IMG/VR virus record: IMGVR_UViG_3300042885_002233
Span: 1-53,966 of that record
Strand: one strand, 5' to 3'
Length of the DNA stretch: 53,966 nt
Source: a virus
Taxonomy: Duplodnaviria > Caudoviricetes
The notes beneath the pieces were generated by a model that was not told the origin of the DNA, ran no database searches, and saw only the letters and a program-made list of their open reading frames with translations. Shown here one piece after another: positions 1 to 9,210 of the stretch. A program made the translations under genes and the position numbers. How positions within the stretch are numbered: position 1 is the stretch's first letter; each line of letters begins with the position of its first letter.

Positions 1-238
1 GGTCGGCGCTGGCACCAACTTGATGACCGTAACCACGGGCTTCGTGCCATCGGCTGGGTGGAAGGTCGATGCTGTTGACGCACTGGCACCCGGCACGTAT
101 CCGATCCTGAAATACTCTGGAACGGCCACAACCATTCTGCCAACAATCGGCATCAACAACACGGGCCGCACTGTGACGTTTGCATATAACAACGCAGTCA
201 ACCCCAAAGTGCTCAACATGATTGTGACTGGTCCATGA
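1..238 (+). CDS. 3' end of a gene truncated by the window edge (probably tail/fibre-associated beta-rich protein)
   Basis: Frame is open from the window start, with Thr/Gly/Val-rich sequence. Its TGA overlaps the next ATG (ATGA). Confidence 0.5.
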   Translation, partial: VGAGTNLMTVTTGFVPSAGWKVDAVDALAPGTYPILKYSGTATTILPTIGINNTGRTVTFAYNNAVNPKVLNMIVTGP

Positions 239-450
239 ACAACGACATCCAAACCCTCCTGCACAGCAAGATCAACCTTGCAATTTCTTGGGTGGCAGCA
301 CTGACTGGCCTTGGGGCTTTCGCCGGGCTGGTGTCCACCGGCGTGGCCGTACTCTCGGGCGTGTGGCTGGTCATTCAGATTTACGGGTGGTTCCGTTTCA
401 CCTTGCCGCGAAACAAGCAGGAAGAAGCTGCGCGAAAATCACTGAAGTGA
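235..450 (+). CDS. Small membrane protein, holin-like
   Basis: 71 aa, two hydrophobic segments, basic C-terminus, located in the lysis cluster. Confidence 0.55.
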   Translation: MNNDIQTLLHSKINLAISWVAALTGLGAFAGLVSTGVAVLSGVWLVIQIYGWFRFTLPRNKQEEAARKSLK

Positions 451-482
451 TAAAATTGACAAATCTTTTCTGAAAGGTTTGT

Positions 483-815
483 ATGTCAAAAGAAGCAAGA
501 GCCTATCTCGCCGCTGCGATCTTTCTTGTTGCCACCTTGGGGGTTACCTATTTCCTGGTCGGCAACGAAATCAACCCGACCAACCGCGACGTGGTGATCG
601 GCCTGATCGCCGTGATCACCTCGGGGGCCAGCATTGCCGTGGGCAAGCTGTTCGGCACAGCCACGGATGAGCAGGTTCAAAAGCTGCAGAAGGCGCTGGA
701 CGAATTGGAATTGCAGCATGCACTGCTGAAAGTCAACTATGACTCGCTGACCCGAATGCTGGTTGACCGGCATGTCATTGCTGGCGAAGGCTTCACCATA
801 AAGGACACCCCATGA
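483..815 (+). CDS. 2-TM plus coiled-coil membrane protein (lysis cluster)
   Basis: GAAAGG RBS, two N-terminal TM segments, heptad stretch QVQKLQKALDELELQHALL. Confidence 0.6.
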   Translation: MSKEARAYLAAAIFLVATLGVTYFLVGNEINPTNRDVVIGLIAVITSGASIAVGKLFGTATDEQVQKLQKALDELELQHALLKVNYDSLTRMLVDRHVIAGEGFTIKDTP

Positions 816-1207
816 AATCCATCCTCGCATCCCTCATCGCCGTCACCCTTGCCGCTTGTGGCGGTGGCTCAAACGAAGTGGTCAACGTGGCCACGAACAC
901 CGCGCTGCCCCCCGGCTTGACTTTGGGGCCAGTAGACCCCTTGGCTCCCGCCACACAGCCCTTGCCGGTGGTCATAGCCCCGGTGGTCGGCCCCCAGGTG
1001 CAACCCTCTCCGTCGATCGATGCAAACATCTGCAAGCCTGACTCGTCCGGCTTTGTCATCGGACCGTGTATTCCCGCCAAGAGCCCGATCAACTGGTGCT
1101 CGGACGGCATGGTCATCGGCCCATGCACGCCCCTGCCTGAGCCTGTGTGTGCCAAGCCCGGTGAAGTGGTTGTTGGACCTACGCCATCATGCGCAAAGTC
1201 AGACTGA
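812..1207 (+). CDS. Pro/Cys-rich lipoprotein (o-spanin-like or other envelope lipoprotein)
   Basis: Lipobox LAA|C after a hydrophobic signal, repeated V(I/V)GP(C/T) units, AAGGA RBS. Confidence 0.6.
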   Translation: MKSILASLIAVTLAACGGGSNEVVNVATNTALPPGLTLGPVDPLAPATQPLPVVIAPVVGPQVQPSPSIDANICKPDSSGFVIGPCIPAKSPINWCSDGMVIGPCTPLPEPVCAKPGEVVVGPTPSCAKSD

Positions 1208-1617
1208 CTCGCATTGAGCAATCGGACCAGGGGGTCTTTGGGATCCTGTCCTTCGAGGGTCGGCAGTTGTTCACGCTGGAGTGCCCGTGGCGCGACAACC
1301 AGCCTATGATCTCCTGCATCCCCACGGGACGTTACGAGGTGGTCTGGGCCATGAGCCCGCGTTTTAAACGCAACACGTGCCGCCTGGTCGGCGTACCCGG
1401 GCGCAGCGGTGTGCTGATCCACTCGGCCAATTACGCGGGCGACCCGGCGATGGGATGGATCAGCCAGCTCAACGGTTGCATCGCCCCGGCCAAAGAACTC
1501 GGGCGGCTGAAAAACCGCAACGGGATGTGGCAGCAAGCGGGCCTGTTGTCCGCCCCTGCCACCCGCGAGTTCGACGCCTGGGCCGACAAGAAACCTTTCA
1601 CATTGGAAATCGTATGA
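1189..1617 (+). CDS. DUF5675-family protein, probable endolysin
   Basis: Motifs TLE.PW..N....SCIP.G.Y, VPGRSGVLIHSAN and GCI, typical of DUF5675. Flanked by holin-like genes. Confidence 0.8.
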   Translation: MRKVRLTRIEQSDQGVFGILSFEGRQLFTLECPWRDNQPMISCIPTGRYEVVWAMSPRFKRNTCRLVGVPGRSGVLIHSANYAGDPAMGWISQLNGCIAPAKELGRLKNRNGMWQQAGLLSAPATREFDAWADKKPFTLEIV

Positions 1618-2141
1618 TCATTTCTGGAATTCTTTCTATCCTGGGGTCCAGCTTCATGGGCACCCTGCTGGGCGGCGCGTTTGCCTTCATGAACAAAAAG
1701 CAAGACACCGCGCTTGAGCTGGCCAAGCTACAGCACGAGCTGCACTTGCGCGACAAAGACATTGCGCTGGCCACCGCCGAAGCCCAGGGCCACGCGGCCG
1801 TGGCGTTTGAGCAGGCCGAAGGGGCACGCTTTGCCGCCATTGGCCAAGCCCATGCAGCCGATGTCACCACGGGCGAACAACTCAAAGAGGCAGGCTTCTG
1901 GCGCTTCCTGTTTGTGTGGGCCGAGGCATACCGAAAAGTGATGCGCCCTGCCATCACCACGGCGCTGCTGGGCGCTGCGCTCTGGGCCAACTACATCGTG
2001 TTTACTTACCTGCAATCGGCTTGGCCAAACATCGGCGTCACGGGTCAACTCGACCTGGTGCTCCAAGCGTTTGGCTGGGTCAGCGGCCAGGCCAGTGCGT
2101 GTGTTGCCTATTGGATGGTTTCCCGTGGCGCTCCGAAGTAA
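1614..2141 (+). CDS. Holin-like membrane protein (3TM holin type)
   Basis: Start reassigned to the ATG at 1614 (ATGA overlap). N-terminal TM, an RP.IT motif, two C-terminal TMs ending YW.VSRG. Confidence 0.6.
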   Translation: MIISGILSILGSSFMGTLLGGAFAFMNKKQDTALELAKLQHELHLRDKDIALATAEAQGHAAVAFEQAEGARFAAIGQAHAADVTTGEQLKEAGFWRFLFVWAEAYRKVMRPAITTALLGAALWANYIVFTYLQSAWPNIGVTGQLDLVLQAFGWVSGQASACVAYWMVSRGAPK

Positions 2142-2247
2142 AGCGTTGTAAAATGACAACACCGGCTCCGCATCGGACCCCATGCGGTAAAAAAGTTGTG
2201 CAGCCACCCGGCTGTGCTTTTCAAAGTGCAACTTAAAAGGTAATACT

Positions 2248-3513
2248 ATGTTCGTATCCTGCGCAAAACTCACCGCCGAACTGGCGCTCAAACAAGATGT
2301 TCTCAACGGTTGTGACGGCACCCCCCTGCCCGCTGGCACCGAAGTCGCCACATGCGCCGACTTGGCCAATGTCACCGTCCCTGACGCAACCGATACCGTC
2401 AAAGGCAAAGTGGCGCTCAACGCTGGCACATCCCTACCCGGCGATGCGACCAACTGCACCGATGCCCTGACCGCTTGCGGCTTGAACGCTTTGCTGACTG
2501 ACCCCGCCGCCGGTGGCAATGCCGTCATCAACAACGTCAAGGCCTTGGTCCCCCTCGCAACCACAACAGTGGCAGGCCTGATCGAAGAAGCAACAGGCGA
2601 AGAAACCAGACTCGGTGCAACTGACCCAAACAAGGACGACCGGGCAGTTACTCCGGGGAGTATGAGTTATGCGTTGCAGACGGGGAAGCAGTACAACATT
2701 CATTTAAACAATACCGCAGCTACAACATCTAGTTTCCCGCATCGGTTTGATGTAACAAACGGCACCAGCTTGGGTGGCAGTGCCGACAACTCTGGGTCTG
2801 CGCTATTAGCAATTGTCGCGGGAACAAGTACTGTTGCGGCGGGCGGTGTATATAGCGCAAGTCAAGGGCACGTTACTCCCGGCGTGACAACCAACGGGAC
2901 ACTTGCTGCTGTCTACGGCTTTAACAGCAGTGGTGCAGGTACAGGGACAAAGCAGGGAGTTAACGGTACGTCCATAGGCGTAGGGGGCGGCACCAACATC
3001 GGTGTGTACGGCACTGCTGCAAACGGCGCCACCAACTGGGCCGGTTACTTCGAGGGCAACGTAGCCGGTGGTGCATACACCACTCTTTCTGACGCAACTC
3101 TGAAAGAGAACGTTGAAGCCATCGACCCAGCCAAGGCTCTGCAATTCCGAAACGGCTTGTCTTGGAAAAAGTATGAGATGTTCACCGAGCAGCAAGTCGA
3201 GATCATGCAAGACGTGACCGACTCTGAAGGCAACACCATCCAAGTCCCAACTGGCCGCTACCAAGCCATCCGCAACAGCCAAGGCATCAAGCGCGGCCTG
3301 ATTGCTCAGGAAGTCTTGGCTCTGGCACAAAGCATCGGCGACTTCACTGATGTGGTGGTTGAGGTTGGCGAGTACTTCACGCTCGACGCCCAAGGCTACC
3401 CCGTCAAGGACGCCCAAGGCAACAACATCGTGAACAAGCGATTGGGTATTGATTACGGGTCCGTGAACGTGATCGTCATGGCAGGGGAGCAAGCCCTGAC
3501 ATTGGGCGCTTAA
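2248..3513 (+). CDS. Tail fibre/spike with C-terminal intramolecular chaperone (peptidase S74-like)
   Basis: ATDTVKG and ATTTVAG fibre repeats, Gly-rich GVYG/AGYFEG segment, autocleavage motif SDATLKENV, GLIAQEV and IDY motifs. Confidence 0.85.
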   Translation: MFVSCAKLTAELALKQDVLNGCDGTPLPAGTEVATCADLANVTVPDATDTVKGKVALNAGTSLPGDATNCTDALTACGLNALLTDPAAGGNAVINNVKALVPLATTTVAGLIEEATGEETRLGATDPNKDDRAVTPGSMSYALQTGKQYNIHLNNTAATTSSFPHRFDVTNGTSLGGSADNSGSALLAIVAGTSTVAAGGVYSASQGHVTPGVTTNGTLAAVYGFNSSGAGTGTKQGVNGTSIGVGGGTNIGVYGTAANGATNWAGYFEGNVAGGAYTTLSDATLKENVEAIDPAKALQFRNGLSWKKYEMFTEQQVEIMQDVTDSEGNTIQVPTGRYQAIRNSQGIKRGLIAQEVLALAQSIGDFTDVVVEVGEYFTLDAQGYPVKDAQGNNIVNKRLGIDYGSVNVIVMAGEQALTLGA

Positions 3514-3527
3514 TAGCCTAAAGCCTG

Positions 3528-3558
3528 AAGCGCCTTGCCCACAAAGCAGGGCGCTTTG
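3528..3558 (+). terminator. Hairpin/terminator after the tail fibre gene
   Basis: AAGCGCCTTGC-ccacaaa-GCAGGGCGCTT stem followed by a short T run. Confidence 0.55.
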
Positions 3559-3621
3559 GATTGAAGGTTGACCTTCTGTGGTAAAAAAGATACAATCGCG
3601 TGCAAGCATAGGAGCACTCAA

Positions 3622-3999
3622 ATGATTCTCGTCTCAACCGAGCAGCGTCGATCAGACCCTTTCACGATTAAACAGCAGGTAACCATCGTTGCCTCGGGCC
3701 TGCAGGGTACCGATGTGGTTGAGTTCGATGTGGTGAGCATCACCAAATCCGCTCCCGCATCGGGGGACCCCTGCTGCCCTGGCCAAGTGAGCCTGCCTGA
3801 CTTCAACTCGGCCGTGCCGCTGACCAGTTGTTTTGGTTGCTCGCACGAAGAGCGAGTCAAGCTCACTGCCACAAAGCCCTGGATCGTGATCGACATGCCC
3901 CAGCAAGTTCCGTTGGTGGCCCGCGTTGTCGCTGACGACGACGCTGTGATCGAGGTTGAGTACTTCGAGACCACCAGCCAAGGCATCACTTGCGTCTAA
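3622..3999 (+). CDS. Cys-containing beta-rich hypothetical structural protein
   Basis: AGGAG RBS before the ATG at 3622. Paralogous to the N-terminus of the next gene. Confidence 0.7.
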   Translation: MILVSTEQRRSDPFTIKQQVTIVASGLQGTDVVEFDVVSITKSAPASGDPCCPGQVSLPDFNSAVPLTSCFGCSHEERVKLTATKPWIVIDMPQQVPLVARVVADDDAVIEVEYFETTSQGITCV

Positions 4000-4008
4000 G
4001 GAACTGAC

Positions 4009-5196
4009 ATGCAGCAGATCATCAAAGCGGGCGCCGGTGCGTCCACGGCATTTGTCATCCAGCCAGGAAAACAGTTGACGCTATCTGCGTCCGGCCTCGC
4101 CGGTGACGACGTTGTGGTGATCGAGGTAGTGACGCTCTCCCGCGCACCCGAGTTCACCGGCGATTCGTGCTGCGCAGTTACCGCGCCGGACATCCAGGTT
4201 ATCGCGTTCACTCCGTTGCTGTGCGCCCCAGGCGTTGCCCGTGAGTTGACCGCCGAATCCCCTTACGTGGTTCTGGACGGCCCGCAGTTGGTCACTTTGC
4301 GTGTCCGGGTCATAGCCGATCCAGGCGCTTTGGTCGAAGTGTTCTTGCACGAAACCGACAGCGACGGTTGCGCTGAAGCCTGGCGCTGCCCGGCAGTTGC
4401 AGCACCGGTTGAGGTGTCTTCACTGCCTTGCCTTGAGATTTGTGAACTGCCTGTTGTCGAACTCAAAAAGCAAGTCGTTGACACCCAGGTGGTGTGTGGT
4501 GAACTTTGGTACATTTGGAGCGATGGCACCAAGACCACCGAAACTTTGCCCGTGTGCCCCGTGCCCGTGACGTACTGCCCAAGTATGCGCTTGTCCTGCG
4601 ACGGCCAACCCGGCTACGGTTTCCACTTGATGGACCCCAAAGACCCAGCGGCTACGGTTGAAATGGCCACATGCCCTGGTGATGAAACGACGGATTCGAT
4701 ATGGATCTACCCGGCGGCCGGCCCAGGCCACACAGTAAAGGTAATGGATTGCGACGGCAATCCTATTGGCTACGCCGCCAACCGTTCCGACTGCGCCCCT
4801 GACTGCGGATGCCCCGAAACTGTGATCAATGTGAACAACACCAACAACGTCGCTGCGCCGACCGTGAACGTGGCCGCGCCTGAAGTGACCGTGACGCCCG
4901 TCAACAACTTCACGCCAACCACCAACGTGGCCGCACCTGCTGTGACCAACAACTTCACGCCGACCACCAACGTGGCCGCGCCTGCTGTGACCAACAACTT
5001 CACGCCGACCACCAACGTGGCCGCGCCTGCTGTGACCAACAACTTCACGCCGACCACCAACGTGGCCGCACCCGAAGTCAACATCACGCAAGCTGCCCCC
5101 AACCTGGTGGCACAGGTTATCGCGGACGACGGTACGATCACAAGCACGTTGTCAGACGGTAGCACCGTGGTGTCCAACCCCCTGCCAAGTTGCTGA
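4009..5196 (+). CDS. Cys-rich protein with C-terminal 15-aa tandem repeats
   Basis: AAGGA RBS, about 17 Cys, NNFTPTTNVAAPAVT repeats. Confidence 0.75.
   Translation: MQQIIKAGAGASTAFVIQPGKQLTLSASGLAGDDVVVIEVVTLSRAPEFTGDSCCAVTAPDIQVIAFTPLLCAPGVARELTAESPYVVLDGPQLVTLRVRVIADPGALVEVFLHETDSDGCAEAWRCPAVAAPVEVSSLPCLEICELPVVELKKQVVDTQVVCGELWYIWSDGTKTTETLPVCPVPVTYCPSMRLSCDGQPGYGFHLMDPKDPAATVEMATCPGDETTDSIWIYPAAGPGHTVKVMDCDGNPIGYAANRSDCAPDCGCPETVINVNNTNNVAAPTVNVAAPEVTVTPVNNFTPTTNVAAPAVTNNFTPTTNVAAPAVTNNFTPTTNVAAPAVTNNFTPTTNVAAPEVNITQAAPNLVAQVIADDGTITSTLSDGSTVVSNPLPSC
4903..5073 (+). repeat. 45-bp coding tandem repeat, ~3.8 copies
   Basis: Unit aacaacttcacgccgaccaccaacgtggccgcgcctgctgtgacc. Confidence 0.95.
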
Positions 5197-5247
5197 AAAA
5201 CAACACGTGTGGTATATTTGCAACAACTAACCGAAAGGTGAATCATC

Positions 5248-5424
5248 ATGAAATCAATGTCCCCTAAACCCAGCTACGGTAGCAAGACTGTGACTCACAG
5301 CCGACCTACCACGTTTGGTTCCACCGCTTCGGCTCGCATGCCCAATGTGCCCAACGTGCCCAAGATGTCGATGGGCAAACAAGGCTGCATGACCGGCAAC
5401 TGCCCCGGCAGCAAGCGCAAGTAA
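5248..5424 (+). CDS. 58-aa basic peptide, absent from the ORF track
   Basis: GAAAGGTG RBS, MKSMSPKPSYGSK...CPGSKRK, no acidic residues. Upstream TGg-TATATT -10-like element. Confidence 0.7.
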   Translation: MKSMSPKPSYGSKTVTHSRPTTFGSTASARMPNVPNVPKMSMGKQGCMTGNCPGSKRK

Positions 5425-5426
5425 TC

Positions 5427-5681
5427 ATGACCCCTCAAGCAGCTGAAGCCCTGCTTCGGGCAGAACTCGCCTCCGACTCCGCAGTTGGCAAGGCGCTTGT
5501 TCTGTTCCTGCAAGATGCCGAAGTCGCAAACTATCGGCAGACATCTCGTGTGTCCGACCCCTACGCAATGGCCCGCACCGTGGGCCGCGGCGAAGGTATC
5601 CACTCCATCCTCACCCGTATCACGCCAGTCAAAGATCTTGCCGATCCCCGCCAAGTTCCAATGACTGCCGAAGGAAACTAA
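5427..5681 (+). CDS. Small head-module protein
   Basis: 84 aa, directly upstream of the scaffold gene. Confidence 0.7.
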   Translation: MTPQAAEALLRAELASDSAVGKALVLFLQDAEVANYRQTSRVSDPYAMARTVGRGEGIHSILTRITPVKDLADPRQVPMTAEGN

Positions 5682-5684
5682 ACC

Positions 5685-6665
5685 ATGGCAAACGTACCTA
5701 CCACTGAAGAAGGTTTGGCCGCGTGGCGCGCACAGCGCCTGGGCAAACCCGTCAATTTGAAACACGACTTGGCCGCTGAAGGCGTGCCGAGCAACGGCGG
5801 AGGCGGCCCCGATTCGGAGCGCCCAGAACCCCGCCACCCCCTGGAAAAGTTCAACCCCATGGAGTTGGACACAGGCGGCAACCAAAACGAAAACGAAGGC
5901 TCCGGCTACGGCGCCGAAGACGATAACCTGCAGCAGCAATTGGCTGCCGCCAACGGTCGCCTCGGCCCCGCCCAGCGCCAGCTCGAAGAGATGCGTGCCG
6001 CGATGCAGGCGATGCAGCAACAAAACGCCGACATGGCCGCCCGTCTGGCCGAGCGCGAAGCGCAAGAAAAAGCCAGCCGCTTCCAGCGTGCCGCCCAAGA
6101 GTTCAATCCGCTGGAAGGCTTGAGCAAGGACGAGCTGGATATGCTCGACCCCGCCGCCCTCAAAATGATCGAGCACGTCGGCCGCCAAGCCTACAGCAAA
6201 GCCCACGGCTCAATCCGCGAGCATGAAGAGTTGATCGAGAAAACGCTGTCTCAGCGTGACGCCCGTGAGCGCGACAACTTCATCTACGGCACCGCCGAAT
6301 CCCTGGGCCTGAACAAGCTGGGCAACGACAACAAGTTCACCAAGTTTCTGAATGAAGACGATTCGGCCGCACTGCTGCTGAACAGCTTCACTCAGAGCAA
6401 AGACATTGCAACCGCCCGTATGCTGGAACCCCGCGTGCGTTCCATGCTCAAGCGCTTCGAGAAAACGACCAACTCCACCCGTACCCCCGACCCGCAGGAC
6501 CGAGCATCTGCGCACCTGGCCCGAAAGCCCGATGCGCAGTCCGCTGGGTCTCAGCGCGGTGGCCATGTTTCTGCCGATGAGGTTCGCCGAGTCACAGAGC
6601 AAGCTCGTCGTCTGGCGCGGGCCGGCAAGCACAAGGAATCGCGAGAACTCCTTGCGTCAATCTAA
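5685..6665 (+). CDS. Capsid scaffolding protein
   Basis: Acidic disordered N-terminus, coiled coil, basic C-terminal helix, directly upstream of the capsid gene. Confidence 0.75.
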   Translation: MANVPTTEEGLAAWRAQRLGKPVNLKHDLAAEGVPSNGGGGPDSERPEPRHPLEKFNPMELDTGGNQNENEGSGYGAEDDNLQQQLAAANGRLGPAQRQLEEMRAAMQAMQQQNADMAARLAEREAQEKASRFQRAAQEFNPLEGLSKDELDMLDPAALKMIEHVGRQAYSKAHGSIREHEELIEKTLSQRDARERDNFIYGTAESLGLNKLGNDNKFTKFLNEDDSAALLLNSFTQSKDIATARMLEPRVRSMLKRFEKTTNSTRTPDPQDRASAHLARKPDAQSAGSQRGGHVSADEVRRVTEQARRLARAGKHKESRELLASI

Positions 6666-6690
6666 ACTACTCAACTCCACGAGGTAACAA

Positions 6691-7686
6691 ATGAGTAACA
6701 ACGTCAATAGCGCCGGGTACGGTGGTGGCATCAAAGGCTCCATCTACGCACCGGATCGTATCTCTACGAAAATCCTGCAAGCGTACCAACAGTGCTCCTT
6801 GCTGCCCAACATCGCCAAGTCGAACTTCATGTCGAACGAAGAGCTGATGTGCGGCGGTAAGGTGATCTACGGTATCGAGCAGACCCTGAACCTGTTCGGC
6901 ACCGACCGTCAGAACAACGAGCACCCCGATGTGTTCGATGGCCCTGGCATGGACACCAACAGCATGACGATCTGCCAAGGCCGCAAGTTTGAGTGGAAAC
7001 TCTCGAACTACGACCGCCGCATCATGTGCGACAACTTCGACCTGTGGGAAGAGTCTGTCAAGCGTCGTCTGGACAACGGCATCCGTCAACTGATCGACGC
7101 ATACTCGATCCCCAAGATCATGGCCTCGGCTTCTCCTGACAACGTGGGCAACCGCGCTGGCAAGATCAGCCACTCGGTCGACCTGGGTTGGCAAGACGCC
7201 ACCGCCTTGAATGCCAACAGCATCGCCGGCATGGAAGAGCTGTTCTACAGCTTGCGCCAAGTTGCCCAAGAAGCTGGCATGATGGGTTGCGCAGGCAACA
7301 TGGACGCAGCTGGCCCTGGCTATGCTGGCGATGTGCCTGTCATCATCTTGCCTATCCAGCTGGAACGCTGGGCCTTGAAGATGATGAGCGAGTACGGCAA
7401 AGACGGTTGCTGCACCGAAAAGAACGCTTTCGTCACCGGTTATATCGGCAAGATCTTGGGCTTTGAAGTGTTCACTTCTAGCCAACTGTTCTCTGCAAAC
7501 TACGGTGCCGCCGGCAACATTGCTCCAATCCTGATGCTCGATCCTTCGCAAGTGCTTCATGCTTTTGAGACGCTCGACGTGAAGTGGTATGAAGGTAAAT
7601 TCGAGTGGAGCCTGGTCGGCGAGTTTGTTTTTGATACTATGGTAGTAAGACCAGAAGCCGTGGCCGTGGCCTTCAGCAAGGTCTAA
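6691..7686 (+). CDS. Major capsid protein
   Basis: 331 aa, GAGGT RBS, biased codon use, G.I.GFEVF.S and VVRPEAV C-terminal motifs of podoviral coat proteins. Confidence 0.85.
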   Translation: MSNNVNSAGYGGGIKGSIYAPDRISTKILQAYQQCSLLPNIAKSNFMSNEELMCGGKVIYGIEQTLNLFGTDRQNNEHPDVFDGPGMDTNSMTICQGRKFEWKLSNYDRRIMCDNFDLWEESVKRRLDNGIRQLIDAYSIPKIMASASPDNVGNRAGKISHSVDLGWQDATALNANSIAGMEELFYSLRQVAQEAGMMGCAGNMDAAGPGYAGDVPVIILPIQLERWALKMMSEYGKDGCCTEKNAFVTGYIGKILGFEVFTSSQLFSANYGAAGNIAPILMLDPSQVLHAFETLDVKWYEGKFEWSLVGEFVFDTMVVRPEAVAVAFSKV

Positions 7687-7710
7687 GTGAAGGGGCTTCG
7701 GCCCTTTCAC
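7687..7710 (+). terminator. C(UUCG)G hairpin after the capsid gene
   Basis: GTGAAGGGGC-TTCG-GCCCTTTCAC, no strong U tract. Confidence 0.6.
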
Positions 7711-7743
7711 CTCCGAAACTTTTTACAGAAATCGAGGTACAAA

Positions 7744-8421
7744 ATGGCTTTCGTAGCTAAAGACAACAAGACCCTGCAGGTCTTCCGCGGCGGCTTCAAC
7801 GATTTGAGCAAGAATCCTTGGCTGCAAAACATCGGCAACGGTTGCTGCGAACCTGGTCAAACCATTGACCAGGAGCGTCTGCCCCGCTCGCTGCACCCTG
7901 AGAACGCGCTGGTTCACAGCCGTCCTTTCGGTAACCGCCTGCACTGGCGCTTCAGCGAATTGGATGACACGACTCGTCGCCAGATCGTTGCCCACATCAA
8001 CACCCACGGCGTTGGTGCGAAAATCGAAGTGATCACCATCCCCACGTTTGCCTTTGTGCACAGCGTGCACACCGTTACCTTGGCTGAAGAGTCGGGCTTG
8101 GTGTTCAAGCTGTACGCCCGCAATGGTACTGCCGTGCCTTCCGGTCAGTTGATTAAGGTCAGCGAAACCGACAGCGGCGACGGTTGCGGTGAAGTTGCTC
8201 GCGTGCGCGGTGCTGCCGACAAGAACGCCATCGGCGCTCTGGGCGGTGCCAGCCGTGTGCACAACATCTTTGCTACCGCCAACGGCGGTGAGTTCGCCTT
8301 GGAGGCAGATGTGTGGGTGCTTGAGGTTGTGTCGGTTCCAGCCGACGGCGTGATCGGCTCGTTCGATCTGCTGATCCACAGCTTGACCGTGGCCGCAGGC
8401 CGCACAGAAGCCAGCCGTTAA
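7744..8421 (+). CDS. Putative capsid decoration/minor head protein
   Basis: GAGGT RBS before the ATG at 7744, follows the capsid gene, similar codon bias. Confidence 0.65.
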   Translation: MAFVAKDNKTLQVFRGGFNDLSKNPWLQNIGNGCCEPGQTIDQERLPRSLHPENALVHSRPFGNRLHWRFSELDDTTRRQIVAHINTHGVGAKIEVITIPTFAFVHSVHTVTLAEESGLVFKLYARNGTAVPSGQLIKVSETDSGDGCGEVARVRGAADKNAIGALGGASRVHNIFATANGGEFALEADVWVLEVVSVPADGVIGSFDLLIHSLTVAAGRTEASR

Positions 8422-9210
8422 TCAAACGGCAAGGTCTGAGAGGGGCGCCCAAGAGGCGCCCTTTTCTTTTAGTGCTGCTGTTTCTTCTGGTGTAGCGTAC
8501 CGCCAGGTGTGACCGTATGCGTATTTAATTTTTCCGCGGCAACACTTGACGATGTTTGATTTGTCCGCCAGCGGATTTGTGTTTTCCCTGCACCATTGCT
8601 CCGCCACAGAGGTGCCTTCAAAAATAACGCTTTCGCTTTGAACAACGGCAACCTTCGGTCTAAACCCAAAAGTACTTCGATCTCGTTTGCGTCCGGCTTC
8701 TGCCATTTTCAACAGTGTTGATTCAGAGTGAACACGTCCTTTTCGCGAGACGCTCATTTTTAACCGAGTCTCTTTTGACACCACGGTGCCCCTCTTTGCC
8801 TCGCTAATATTTTTCTTTGTTGCTTCTGAACGTTTTCTTCCGGTGTGAAACGCAACGTTTCTCGCTTTAAATTCATCGGATCTGATTGCACCGGACGCTC
8901 CATCACCTCCGTCGGTATAGTTTACAAGAGGGCCAAGTCCCTTGTCTTTGCGCCCAATTCTTGCAATCAGATTGCGCTCAAGCTCAAACGCAAATGCTTC
9001 CAGCATGTCGTCTTGGGCGATCATTACCAGAACCCCGTGCTTGCGCACCACAGAGTTCCAGTGTTTAGATCTCCCGTGCGTGTGCCAGCCGCGTCGTTTT
9101 TGGCCCTCCCCCACGTAAAAGGGTTCAAGGGTGTCGGCCTTCAAGTGCACGTAAACATAGTGCCGCTTGGGTCGCTCAATGGATTTGAGTTTCAACACGG
9201 CGACGGTCAC
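8422..9210 (-). CDS. GIY-YIG-type homing endonuclease with NUMOD3-like repeats
   Basis: YVY..H...PFYVG.G..RR, E..LI...G, LVN.T.GGDG, repeated G.K.SE.TK.K(I/M)S motifs, C-terminal NI.KCC.G...AYG..WRY. Confidence 0.85.
   Translation of the reverse strand: MTVAVLKLKSIERPKRHYVYVHLKADTLEPFYVGEGQKRRGWHTHGRSKHWNSVVRKHGVLVMIAQDDMLEAFAFELERNLIARIGRKDKGLGPLVNYTDGGDGASGAIRSDEFKARNVAFHTGRKRSEATKKNISEAKRGTVVSKETRLKMSVSRKGRVHSESTLLKMAEAGRKRDRSTFGFRPKVAVVQSESVIFEGTSVAEQWCRENTNPLADKSNIVKCCRGKIKYAYGHTWRYATPEETAALKEKGASWAPLSDLAV
8439..8470 (+). terminator. Rho-independent terminator
   Basis: GGGCGCC-caaga-GGCGCCC followed by TTTTCTTTT. It lies inside the 3' end of the antisense endonuclease ORF. Confidence 0.8.

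Noticed and set aside
1377-1613. N-terminal extension of the 254-aa ORF
   Set aside because: It overlaps the DUF5675 gene. The ATGA-coupled start at 1614 is more plausible.
2248-3513. Diversity-generating retroelement target
   Set aside because: No reverse transcriptase and no template/variable repeat pair found in the window.
8422-9210. Group I intron hosting the endonuclease
   Set aside because: The flanking genes are intact and on the opposite strand, and no intron core is visible, so the nuclease is free-standing.
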